A stretch of DNA of 64,000 bases from Eledone cirrhosa (Eukaryota). Location of the stretch: positions 291,710,001-291,774,000 of the forward strand of contig OZ024741.1 in NCBI GenBank assembly GCA_964016885.1, given 5' to 3'. The position numbers and the translations under genes were made by a program. Shown here piece after piece: positions 43,750 through 57,277 of the stretch. Position 1 is the first letter of the stretch. Each line of letters begins with the position of its first letter. Below the pieces are notes generated by a model. That model was not told the DNA's origin. It saw nothing but the letters and a program-made list of their open reading frames with translations, and made no database searches.

Positions 43750-43810
<61 letters not shown>

Positions 43811-43814
<4 letters not shown>

Positions 43815-45908
43815 TTCCAAATTTTTACACAATAGATATTCTTGTGATCAATTATATTTTACTATACATATTTCAGAGGTAGTGAATTAAGTTCAACAGT
43901 ACGTCATCATCAGATAAAATAAAATGATACATGACATTCCCTGACATGGTAGCTGGTTAAGATTTAATCAAGATAGTGATTAACTTATGAGAAAACTCAA
44001 TATTTATACCCTAATATATTGAGAACATGAGAAAACGTAATACAATCAATAGAGAGAGTGTGAGTAATATATTTTAAGAAATACATGGCATCAACATAAC
44101 AGTTATATAATTTTTAATATTTAAAAAACTACTAGAGAAATATGCGGGAGAGGAAAGCATAGAGGAAGACGTAGCTGATGTTATAACTTATTTAGTATTT
44201 AGCTTGAGAAGACAAATGAAAGATAAATAAAGAGAGACAGACAAAGGGGAGTAATTTATGCTCAAGTTTCTACATACACATATTCATATAGAGTTGGCGG
44301 TTAATTTTCAAAATATTTAATTTATGTTATTTCAGATATCTAACCTATAAATTTACTGATTTTAATTTGAACTGTGTATCATTCATGCGTTTACATATTT
44401 TATATATATATATATATTTTACTCATTTTGAGATGATTTGGGGGGACTCAGAAAGTTGGATTTGCGCTTTGCTTTTTTATGTATATTTAACAAATCATGA
44501 TAGCGGACAAAGATTGGTTTATTTCTCCACTGAATTGGAGGTAAAACTACTAACAATGATTATAATCGCTATTTTTTTATTAAATGTATACCGTTTCATT
44601 AATACTTAGTATATCTATATATAGTTTGTACAAATATCTTTATCTAGTGTAATAACATAATCGTAGTTACATTTGTATAAAAATAATAACAATGATTTTA
44701 TTATTCTTTATTAAATGTATACCGTTTCATTAATACCTAGTATATCTATATATAGTTTGTACAAATATCTTTATCTAGGGTAATAACATAATCGTAGTTA
44801 CATTTATATAAATAATTTAAACACTCAAATGACATTATTATAACTGTTTGGTTTTCCCTGGAAGGTCGAACTTATATAATCATTTACTTAATACAATATA
44901 TGAACAAATAATAAACTATAGTCTTGGTATATTATGATCATTACACACATATATATAGCTGAAAACTCTGACCTCTTTAAGTTTAATTATAAGACCTGTT
45001 AATACTTTATGCACTCTAACTATTTAACAATAAATTCTTTAATAGTTATAACTGTAAATATCTCATAAATTATATTACAGAAACTGTTGTCAATATTATA
45101 AGTAATTTTGGTAAAGATTACCTTTGTGGGGATATCGAACATTAAATGTATATTTTCTTTCTTTCGCGGGTCTCGTAAATCCTTTAAATTTGTCTTCATA
45201 AAATTTGAATTTTAGAAATTTAACATAATTATATTATAATATTAATACAAATACCCATCAAATTTTAAAACCTAAAATTTGATTCTTTACCCTGAAATAA
45301 CATAAATTAAATATTTTGAAAATTAACCGCCAACTCTATATGAATATGTGTATGTAGAAACTTGAGCATAAATTACTCCCCTGTGTCTCTCTCTCTCTTT
45401 ATTCATCTTTCATTTGTCTTCTCAAGCTAAATACTAAATAAGTTATAACATCAGCTACGTCTTCCTCTATGCTTTCCTCTCCCGCATATTTCTCTAGTAG
45501 TCTTTTAAACATTAAAAATTCCATAAATGTTACATTGTGCCATGTATTTCTTAAAATATATTACTCACACTCTCTCTATTGATTGTATTACGTTTTCTCA
45601 TGTTCTCAATATTAGGGTATAACTATTGAGTTTCCTCATAAGTTAATCACTACCTTGATTAAATCTTAACCATCTACCATGTCAGGGTATGTCATGTATC
45701 TTTTTATTTTATCTGATGAGGACGTTCTGTTGAACTTAATTCAGTACCTCTGAAATATGTATAATAAAATATAATTGATCACAAGAATATCTATTTTGTT
45801 AATATTTGGAATTAATATTAATAACACTGGAAAATATTTCTTGTAGAGTGCTTCCAATCTATTGTAAAACTCATTCTTTGATGTAACCATTGAATCTTGT
45901 TTAACTCT

Positions 45909-45912
<4 letters not shown>
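43811..45912. mobile_element. Large fold-back PLE remnant: ~520-bp inverted arms, each with an HHR
   Basis: Arms 43811-44335 and 45292-45813. HHRs at 43857-43919 (-) and 45707-45769 (+). Tail similar to the 26918 element. ~130-bp tandem duplication in the spacer (44570-44810). Confidence 0.8.
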
Positions 45913-45947
<35 letters not shown>

Positions 45948-45950
<3 letters not shown>

Positions 45951-46233
45951 AATAAAAGGAATTCCAACTTTGTCTGATTTACTCGTTTTATTTACAGTCC
46001 GTTAAAATTATAATGGTATTAGAATGAAATAGTATGGTAGAATATTAAATGTTAAGTGTTAATTGAACAAGTACTTTCATGCTTTCGCAATCTTCAGGTG
46101 CATATTCTGTGGTAACAGTCAAGTGTGAAATTTTCAACTGTGATTTTAAAGGACTGTAAATAAAATGAGTAAATCAGACAAAATTGGAATTCCTTTTATT
46201 AATATAATATTCTATACACAATCATATACACCC

Positions 46234-46238
<5 letters not shown>
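45948..46238. mobile_element. Fold-back HHR element with internally deleted right arm
   Basis: Same family and spacer as 52003-52385. HHR at 46064-46102 on the minus strand. Confidence 0.8.
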
Positions 46239-46324
<86 letters not shown>

Positions 46325-46329
46325 AATAT

Positions 46330-47504
46330 AAGTATGCATCCATACATACATATATGTATACATACGTACAGTAGTATGTATATACATACATACACACATA
46401 TATATGTACGTATGGGTTTACCGAATATTTATTATAATGCTCGGTTTGTTTGTAAACAAACAGCCCGAAGTATTAGCCGTACAGTGTTCGGCAAACAACG
46501 TTGCCATTTTGTTCAACAGTGACAAAGGAACGCTGAACTAGTTTCTAGCTTATTAGCTGTCATCAGCACCGTATACCTTCGTGTCAGTCAATTGAACGTT
46601 TGAAAGTATATACTTTCCTTATGCATATTAACGACTGAGCAACCTAATTTGCATATCGAGTGAGTTAGTTGGCCGGGCGTACCGAAAACGATAAATGGAA
46701 AAAATAATTCAAGCTGTTTCTTTACAACCAAACCGAGCATTATAATACATGTGCGATAAACCCATACGTACATATACATATGTGTGCATGCATGTATATA
46801 CATATTACTGTAAGTCTGTATACATATATGTATGTACGTATACATACTCATATTTAAGTATCAGCCCTTCCAAGAGTGAGAAATGAAATTCATTACAATA
46901 AATGTTCTGTAAACCCATACGTACATATATATATATATATGTGTGCATCTATGTATTTATATACATACTAGTGTACGTTGTATACATAAATATATATATA
47001 TATATAAGTACGTATACATACGTATATTCAAGTATCAGCCGTACTAAGAATGAGAAATGAAATTTCATTTTTTCCGTTTATCGTTTTCGGTACGCCCGAC
47101 CAACTAACTTACTCGATATGCAAATTAGGCTGCTCAGCCGTTAATATCCATAAGGAAAGTATATACTTTCAAACGTTCAATTGCCTGACAGGAAGGTATA
47201 CGGTGCTGATCACAGCTAATAAGGTAGAAACTAGTTCATCGTTCATTAGTCAGTGTTGAACAAAATGCCAACGATCCTTGCCGAACACTGTACGGCTAAT
47301 AATTCGGGCTGATTGTTTACAAACAAACCGAGCATTATAATAAATGTTCGGTAAACCCATACGTACATATATATATGTGTGCATGTATGTATGTATATAC
47401 ATACTATTGTACGCCTGTATACATATATGTATGTACGTATAATACTTACATTTAAATATCAGCCATACTAAGAATGAGAAATGAAATTTCATTTTTTCCG
47501 TTTA
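46330..47504. mobile_element. Retrozyme-like family: inverted plus tandem partial units
   Basis: Minus unit 46330-46710 (HHR 46531-46571, intact core). Plus pieces 46711-47504 (HHR 47201-47241 with CTGATCA). Confidence 0.78.
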
Positions 47505-47526
47505 TATATATATGAATAAATATATA

Positions 47527-47908
<382 letters not shown>

Positions 47909-47917
47909 CATATATAC

Positions 47918-47999
<82 letters not shown>

Positions 48000-48081
48000 A
48001 TACATATATATATATGTGTATATATATGTACATATATATATATTTATATATATATGTGTGTGTGTATGTGTGTGAATAAAT

Positions 48082-48112
<31 letters not shown>

Positions 48113-48120
48113 TATGTATG

Positions 48121-48154
<34 letters not shown>

Positions 48155-48844
48155 GTAAACGGAAATAAAATTATATAGAAAAAATTATCACGAAAGAATG
48201 ACATAAGAAAAAGAAACGTAACATTAACCACAATGGAAACACCCCCACCCCCTCACCTCACCTAACCCACCACAACCACTACCACCACCATCACGACCAC
48301 CACCACCACAACCACTACCACCACCACCACCACTGCCACCACCACCACTACCACTACCACCAACACCACCACCACCATTACCACCACCACCACTGCCACC
48401 ACCACCACAACCACCACCACCACCACCACTGCCACCACCACCAACAACAACAACACTAGCAGCAGCAACAACAACAATAATACTAACAACAACAGCAACA
48501 ACAACAACAGTAAAAACAACAACAACAACAATAATACTAACAACAACATCAACAACAACAACAACATTAAAAACAACAACAACAACAATAATACTAACAA
48601 CAACAACAATAATACTAACAACAGTAAAAACAACAATAGCAACAGCAATAGCATTAACAAGTACAACAATAACAACAATAACAATAGCGACAAACTTTAC
48701 CAGTAATCTTGACAATAAAAGTGACAATGGTAACAACAACATTAACAACATCATCAACAACAGCAACTGAAACAACAACAATCACGATGATTAAAATAAC
48801 AACAACATCAGAAAATAAAAGCGGTGGCAAACATGAACGGCAAA

Positions 48845-50010
48845 CATAACAGCAACTACAATAACAACAGCAACAACAACGAAAACAAGAGCAAAAATAA
48901 CAAAAAAAACAGCAGCAACAACAACTACGATAACAACAGCAATAACAAGAGCAAAAATAACAACAACAAAAACAGCAGCAACAACAACTACGATAACAAC
49001 AGCAACAACAAGACAAAAATAACAACAACAAAACAGCAGCAACAACAACTACGATAACAACAGCAACAACAACGAAAACAAGAGCAAAAATAACAACAAA
49101 AACAGCAGCAACAACAACTACGATAACAACAGCAACAACAAGAGCAAAAATAACAACAACAAAAACAGCAGCAACAACAACTACGATAACAACAGCAGCA
49201 ACAAGAGCAAAAGTCACAAGAACAAAAACAGCAGCAACAACTACGATAACAGCAGCAACAAGAGCAAAAATAACAAGAACAAAAACAGCAGCAACAACAA
49301 CTACGATAACAACAGCAACAAGAGAAAAAATAACAACAATAAAAACAGCAGCAACAACAACTACGATAGCAACAGCAGCAACAACGAAAACAAGAGCAAA
49401 AATAACAACAAAAACAGCAGCAACAACAACTACGATAATAACAGCAACAACAAGAGCAAAAATAACAACAACAAAAACAGCAGCAACAACAACTACGATA
49501 ACAACAGCAGCAACAAGAGCAAAAGTAACAAGAACAAAAACAGCAGCAACAACAACTACGATAACAACAGCAACAAGAGCAAAAATAACAAGAACAAAAA
49601 CAGCAGCAACAACAACTACGATAACAAAAGCAACAAGAGAAAAAATAACAACAACAAAAACAGCAGCAACAACAACTACGATAACAACAGCAGCAACAAG
49701 AGCAAAAGTAACAAGAACAAAAACAGCAGCAACAACAACTACGATAACAACAGCAACAAGAGCAAAAATAACAAGAACAAAAACAGCAGCAACAACAACT
49801 ACGATAACAACAGCAACAAGAGAAAAAATAACAACAACAAAAACAGCAGCAACAACAACTACGATAGCAACAGCAACAACAAGACAAAAATAACAACAAC
49901 AAAACAGCAGCAACAACAACTACAATAACAACAGCAACAACAACGAAAACAAGAGCAAAAATAACAACTACAATAACAACAGCAACAACAACGAAAACAA
50001 GAGCAAAAAC
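48845..50010. repeat. Minisatellite, ~55-70-bp unit derived from (AAC)n
   Basis: Unit AACAAGAGCAAAAATAACAACAACAAAAACAGCAGCAACAACAACTACGATAACAACAGC repeated roughly 17 times. Preceded by (CCA)n/(CAA)n from 48235. Confidence 0.92.
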
Positions 50011-51686
50011 AAAAATTATAACAACAATTGCAGAGATTTTAAATCTTAAAATAATGACAGCGTGATCACGTAGCAATCTAAAAAATAAGGTAATTATTCA
50101 TATAAAATAATTGTTTCTAAAAATAATGAAAGAAGAAAATAATAAAAAAATTAAAATCACTATCCCACAATGCACCTTGACATCCGGTTACATCATTTTA
50201 GTATTGCGTAAGAAAAAAAAACATTTACAAAAAAGGACTTTTTCCCTTTATTAGAAAAGCGATCAGCAGCAACCAGAAAAACTAAAAGACTCCCCCTCCC
50301 CTCCCCAACCCAAATTCCAAACAATAGATGCAGAACACAAAACCAAATAAACAGAAAACAAAAACAAGAAAAGGAAGTGAAGATTATACTGCATGAACTA
50401 ATGTAATATAGGAAAATGCATGGTAGGCATTGTTGCGTGGTTGAAGCGTTCTCTATTGCAACCACGTATTTCTGGGTTCAGTCCCGCATCGAGTTAAATG
50501 CCTTGCATTGTCAGAGAAATTAATTTGGTAAATAGAAACTGCAGAAGTGCGTCCCATGTTTGTATATATATATTATAATGTCAGGTTACTCTTGATTGCT
50601 ACTGGTAACATCTAAACCAGTACAAGCTGTTGCATGGTCGGGTCGTCGGCGACTAAACTGGCAACCCCACCAAGTTTACTTGGTGAGGAGGGTGATTTTG
50701 GACACCCTGTACGACAAAAAACAAAACCTGACAAAGGGCGGAAGAACTGATAAGAGTCAACAGCCATCCAAAAATGTGTAAATATGTATATACACATGTA
50801 CATATGTATGTGTATATACGTGTCAGGGGTGTCAGGGAGGGGCATGTACCTCTTTAGGAGGAGGAGGGACTAGCCATGCCCTTTTCAAGACAGCTCCTCC
50901 TGCTTTGGGTCCCACCTGACACTCAGCTCTCACCCGTGGCCCCAAGAAGCTGTGGCATGCGACAGCGGCCACACCCCGGTAAACCGCCTTGGCTGGCGGC
51001 CCGAACCAAGTTGAGGGTAGCCGGACGTGTCTGACCCCCCCCCCCCCCCCCCGGTGAGTTAGATAGAGGATGCCTACCCCTGCATGCGAAGACTGGACCC
51101 GGCGGAGTGAGTGGATGAGGACAACAACGTCCCAACGGTCACGAAGGCGGCGACAGCAAGCGGTGTGGAGCGCTAGGGCACGGCAAGGTACTACAGACAA
51201 CGTGGCCATCCACTGCAGCCAAGGAAGTCCCTGGTCGTGACGGACTCCGTAACACCGGATTCTGGCTTTTGCGGCCGAGTGAGTGGGACCGTCACTGTGC
51301 ACAGGCCCTCCCACTATAAACCTTTCCCGCACAGGTTTCTTCTTTAGCGTGCACTCCCAAAGCCCTGCAGCGATGGGCGAGAGGCGGAAATAACAGGTGG
51401 AGGTAACCTCTAGGAGTTGCCAGTCTCAAACCCACATGTGGGCGGCCTGGATGCGCAAGTCGTTCTCCTCCTGACCCTGGGATGACAGAGGAGGTCAGGC
51501 GTTCCAGCGCCTGTGAAAGGAAGAGAAAGGCATCAACAGCTGCCCCAAGCGACTCCGGTCTCTTCCCTTGCCTCCACTGTCCCCGGACCTGCAAGTCAAC
51601 GATCGGCCTCCACAGCCACCTTCGTGCCCACGGCAAACGGGAACTAAAATAAAGATGTCATTATCGTTTACGATGGACAACCAAGA

Positions 51687-51718
<32 letters not shown>

Positions 51719-51951
51719 AGTATGTATGTATGTATACGTACATACATATATGTATACATACGTACAGTAGTATGTATATATATACATACATGCACACATA
51801 TATATATGCACGTATCGGTTTACCGAACGTTTATTATAATGGTCGGTTTGTTTGTATACATATATGTATGTACGTATACGTACATACATACTTACATTTA
51901 AGTAAGTACCGTACTAAGAGGGAGAAATGAAATTTCGTTTCATTCTATTCC

Positions 51952-52002
<51 letters not shown>

Positions 52003-52006
<4 letters not shown>

Positions 52007-52385
52007 TAAGAGGAATTCCAACTTTGTCTGATTTACTCGTTTTATTTACAATCCTTTAAAATTTATAATGGTATTATAATGAAATAGTATAATAGAATAT
52101 TAAATTCTAAGTGTTAAATGAACAAGTACTTTCATGTTTTCGCAATCTTCAGATTCATAATATGTGGTGACAGTCAAGTTTGCAATTTTCAACTGTGAAC
52201 CTGAAGATTGCGAAAGCATGAAAGTACTTGTTCAATTAACACTTAGAATTTAATATTCTATCATACTATTTCATTATAATACCATTATAAATTTTAAAGG
52301 ATTGTAAATAAAACGAGTAAATCAGACAAAGTTGGAATTCCTCTTATTAATATAATCTTCTATACACAATCATACACACCCGTAT
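52003..52385. mobile_element. Fold-back element with two HHRs
   Basis: Arms 52003-52157 and 52196-52350. Plus HHR 52196-52234 tgaac-CTGAAGA-tTGC gaaa GCAt-GAAA-GTAC-TT-gttca, with a mirror at 52119-52157. Confidence 0.88.
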
Positions 52386-52408
52386 ATATTTATCTATCTA
52401 TCTATCTA

Positions 52409-52440
<32 letters not shown>

Positions 52441-52442
<2 letters not shown>

Positions 52443-52958
52443 AACATAGGGCAGCTTTCAACAAGGACAAGGAAGTATTAACATCAACACGAGTTTCCTA
52501 TCATTTGAGACTAAGATTGTTGATACTTACATCCTACCAGTTGTGTTTTATGATCTTGACTGTGTAAATTGGACGACAAAGTCACATCAGAAGTTCTCTA
52601 CATTACAGAACCACATCATGAGACTTATGACTGGCATGCGGCTCAGCGACCATATCTGTATCAGTGATCTGCTCAACGTTACCGAACTTAGACCAATTAC
52701 ATCAATTGTCAAGTCAAGAGTACTCAAACTATACGGTCATATAAATAGATCAACTCGTAGTGTGAGTAGGTTATGCCTGGAAGGGAGGTTGGCTGGTAAG
52801 AGAAATAGAGGCATTCTCAAACGATAGCTTGACAATATCATCTTATGGATTAGACTTGATCTTTGTTCTTTGAACTCTGCTGCTGGTGATCGAACTTTGT
52901 GGAGAGAGATATCACATGTTTATACGCAGTCTGCAACTGGCGGAGTTTAGCATCAAAG
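52441..52958 (+). pseudogene. 3' fragment of RTE-type LINE
   Basis: YILPVVFYDLDCVNW...RLSDHI...LKLYGHINR...LCLEGRLAGKRNRG. Confidence 0.75.
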
Positions 52959-52988
52959 TAATATATATATATACACACATACACACAC

Positions 52989-53152
<164 letters not shown>

Positions 53153-53196
53153 GTATATATATATATATATATATATAGATATATATAGATATATGG

Positions 53197-53858
53197 AAAA
53201 AAATAAAACGAAATTTCATTTCTCACTCTTAGTACGGCTGATACTTAAATATAAGTATGTATACGTACATACATATATGTACGTATGGGTTTACCGAACA
53301 TTTATTATAATGTTCGGTTTGTTTGCAAACAAACAGTCCGAATTAAGCCGTACAGTGTTCGGCAACCATCGTTGCCCTTTTGTTCAACACTGACAAAGGA
53401 ACGATGAACTTGTTTCAAGCTCATTAGCTATCGTCAGCATCGTATGAGAAATTAAATTTCGTTTCATTTTTTTCCATTTATCGTCTTCGGTACGCCCGGG
53501 CGACTAACTCATTCAAGTTGCAAATTAGGCTGCTCAGCCGTTAATATGCATAAGGAAAGTATATACTTTCAAACGTTCAATCATCTGACAGGAAGGTATA
53601 TGATGCTGACGATAGCTAATAAACTTGAAACTAGTTCATCGTTCCTTTGTCAGTGTTGAACAAATGGGCACAATGGTTGCCGAACACTGTACGGCTTAAT
53701 TCGGGCTGTTTGTTTACAAACAAACCGAACAATAAAATAAATGTTCGGTAAACCCATACGTACATATATATATATGTTTGCATGTATGTATATATATATA
53801 TACATACTACTGTACGTCTGTATACATATATGTCTGTACGTATACATACTTATATTTA
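53197..53858. mobile_element. Retrozyme-like family, inverted pair of units
   Basis: Minus unit 53197-53444 (HHR 53402-53442) and plus unit 53445-53858 (HHR 53601-53641, CTGACGA...GAAA-CTAG-TT). Confidence 0.8.
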
Positions 53859-53877
53859 TATATATATATATCTTATA

Positions 53878-54142
53878 TATGTTATATTTGGGGAGAGTCA
53901 TATTGTTGTAATATTGCCAGAAATAATAACAGAACACACTCATTGTTTGGTTGGTTTTCTCTTCCGTATCTTTTATATCTCCATAGTTAGTTTATTTGGC
54001 AATCAATGTTTATCATTTGAAAATACAGATATAAATATATATATATATAGTCTATCAAAGTTCTTTCGTTGCACATCTGCAAAATCATCAGTGGTACTAT
54101 TATGTTCCTTCCTATTGTATTGTAATGTGTACGCCATTTTTA

Positions 54143-54150
<8 letters not shown>
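53878..54150 (-). mobile_element. Solo pLTR related to PLE 1
   Basis: Similar to 1251-1473 and 3900-4187. HHR-like motif at 54055-54094 (CTGATGA..TTGCA gatg TGCAA..GAAA). Confidence 0.8.
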
Positions 54151-54193
<43 letters not shown>

Positions 54194-54447
54194 AGTTAAT
54201 ATTCAACAAAGTACTCGATACTTGGGAAATTAGAGTGTATGTATAATGAAAAGTTAGTGTTCGATGACAGAGCTCACACCATATCAACGGAACTAATCAT
54301 AGCGGTGCCTGAGCAGTAGTAGCATATAAAAAAGGTAGAGGGCTCTTAACACTTAAGGAAGTCGGAGGAGCACATGTCTGATACAGGAAGTGTGTTTTAA
54401 ACCTGGTGGAGCATATCCCTCTCCAGGTTGGAACAGACGATTTCACT

Positions 54448-54490
<43 letters not shown>

Positions 54491-55600
54491 GAGACCGCGG
54501 TTGTGTGTATGATAATGATGAAGAACCAAATTCAATACTGGACTGGTTCATTAACTATTCAACTTTGAAAAAATGACTGGCAAAGCTGACTTTTTTAATT
54601 GGACGCCTTAACGACTACCAAGTTGCTCCCAGAAGAAGCATATAAAATAGTAGTATCTTGGTAAGTGTTATTTACCATAGCCTCGAATAGGTAGACAGAA
54701 ACTATTTGGAAGCCCGTCAGATTGATTGTACCTGTAAATGAAAGGGCCAGCCTTGTTCTACACTATGTCCCGCTGAATCTCCCCGAGAACTACGTTAAGT
54801 GAATATGTGCCTGTGAATTGCTTAGCCACTTACACGATAATATTGTGAACAGGCTGAGAGACTTACGTGAACATCGACGGAGGGCCATTTCAATTAGTGT
54901 TAATTTATAGTTTGGTGTAATGCAGTCTGTGTTGTGTTTTACGAGAATTTTTGATAATGTATTCATCTAATCTATAGTTAGCATTCACTTGAATCAAATA
55001 ATAAATACATTTATGTTCATGGGTTGTGTATTTAGGTTTGATGATTGATGTATTTATTACAATCTTTTTCCTCTTGTATTGGTCTATGACTTGCTCTATT
55101 ACATTGGTAGATTAACTCTTGTTGACTAGTTCTTCTTTTATTCTATGTATTGGTGAAAAGGAGATTGAAGTATTCAATCATTTCTCTATTTAAACAATGT
55201 ATTTCTCAAACAACGGTCGTAAACGAAGCATATAAATGACTTGTATGCTTTGCAATTCTACATTTTATGGAACGTGGTTGTTTTCTATCCTTTCTGAGTC
55301 CATTTTGTATTGTTAGTACATAATATTCTGTGAGATATTCAGTTTTTGCAAACCGTCTGTATTATAAAAGGCTGAACAATAATCTAATTGTTTGACAACC
55401 CCATTCACTACGCAATGGAATGTTCCCAAACCTACCCCTCTCTCATTTTCTTCACCTTTCTGTCATGTTCTCTCCTACACTTTATCTCGATAATTCAGAA
55501 CACACACACACACGCACATAAGTGTGTGTGTGGGTGTATATATATATACACCCATACACATATATATATATACAAATAAATAATTATGTATGAATGTGTG

Positions 55601-55659
<59 letters not shown>

Positions 55660-55879
55660 ATATTCTAAGTAGAAATGTGGCAGTGACTTTGAATGTTTAT
55701 ATATACATACATTAAACAACAGAAGGCCAGACTGGAAAATTAACTTTAGAATTTTAATTCCGCGAAACCACTATACATATTTTGATGGCCGGGCCCTACC
55801 ATACGATTTTGATGTAAGACTAGATTTCTTCAGATTGTATTTGCAAAATTATATAATAGGATTACGTTGATCCCAAACA

Positions 55880-56655
55880 GAGAATAGAAGATCTACGATA
55901 TAAAGATACGGGTCCTGCTGTGGAAGATTGTGCAGAAGTATGGGATCGATGGTCAGCTTCCTGTTGTCCTGATGTCTTTATACGAATGATCGAGTATTTG
56001 TGTTTGGATAAATGGTGCTAAATTGTAACCATTCAATGTGGGATTCGGACTCCTGTTAATCATTCAATGTGGGATTCGGACTCCTGTTAATCATTTTCAC
56101 GAACAGGATGGACATGCGCAGCCGGTTTGGATGTGGAATCACGACTGGCGGGTATAAAATCAGTCGGTTGGAATTTACAGATGACGTGGTTTTACTTAAC
56201 TCCACAGAAGGTGATCTTCTATTAGCACTTGATAGGTCTGATGCTGAGTGATATCTGAGACACTCGGCCTCTCAATGAAGCCTCCGCAGTGAACTCTAGA
56301 TGTTCATCAATTTCTACTGAAGCAGGTGAAGAAGTTCAGGTATCTCAGGGTCGTGTTCACGAATAATGGAAGGCAGGAAGCTGAATTAAATGCAAGAATT
56401 GGAGGAGCTACAGAAGTAATGCACCAGTTTCAGCATTCTGTATTCAGAAGAATGGAGGTAGGTGTAAAAGCCAATTTCGCAATTTTCAGTTCGGTATTTG
56501 TGCCAGCCCTTTGCTATGGCCCTGAATCTTTGGTAATGACCGAAATAATACGATCACGAATAAAAGCGGGTGAAATGGGGCTCCTACGAAGGGTCTTTGG
56601 AGTAACGTTACTCGATAGAGCACGTGGCTCGGATATTAGAGAGTCACTACACTGA
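55880..56655 (+). pseudogene. RTE-type LINE RT fragment
   Basis: LEFTDDVVLL; KQVKKFRYL...ELNARIG...VPALCYGPESLVMT...AGEMGLLRRVFGVTLLDR. Confidence 0.85.
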
Positions 56656-57277
56656 ATTTAGAGATCACATACGATGTATGAGCAAGTCTGTATAAAAGTG
56701 TGAAACATGTAAAGCTACAAAGTATTCAAAGATAAATATTTCTAATTTCTAATTAAAATACGTTTTCAAAATGCACAAATCAATACAATATGTTGTTTTT
56801 TTCTTTTCATGGAAACATGTTTTAATAAACAACAGAAGTAAAGAATTCAAACAATAGAAAAATCCCAAATAGGGGTGAGAATTCCGAGGGTTAGTGGAGA
56901 GGATATCCCACAGAAAGCCATGGTAACCTGACGTAAGGGCAAGTGCACCCTTCCAGATTAAAAATATTTTTGTTTATTATATAAATGTTATCTACATTTC
57001 ACTTATATATTTGTATTTTCAACAGAACTTTCAATCATTTCTATAATTATTGTTATCTATCTTTATTTATTACTTTTTTGTTTTTGTTGCAGTTTATCTA
57101 CAAACCCTAAAAAAACTATACATATTTTATATTTTTATATATTGTTTATATAAAATTCATCATTGTAAATACTAGTGGATTTTTCTTTATTCTTTGCACA
57201 CACATACACACTCACATACATACACATGTGTATATATGTATGCTTATATATTTGTATGTATGTATATATGTATGTAT

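Noticed and set aside
44900-45130. Possible GIY-YIG remnant (GI..., YIAENSD) in the fold-back spacer
   Set aside because: Too degenerate to assert without a profile search.
48845-50010. CRISPR-like periodicity
   Set aside because: No unique spacers and no cas genes, in a eukaryotic context.
48654-50076. 421-aa hydrophobic and 362-aa Cys-rich ORFs (membrane-protein- or metallothionein-like)
   Set aside because: Alternative frames of an (AAC)-derived minisatellite, with frame switches inside the array.
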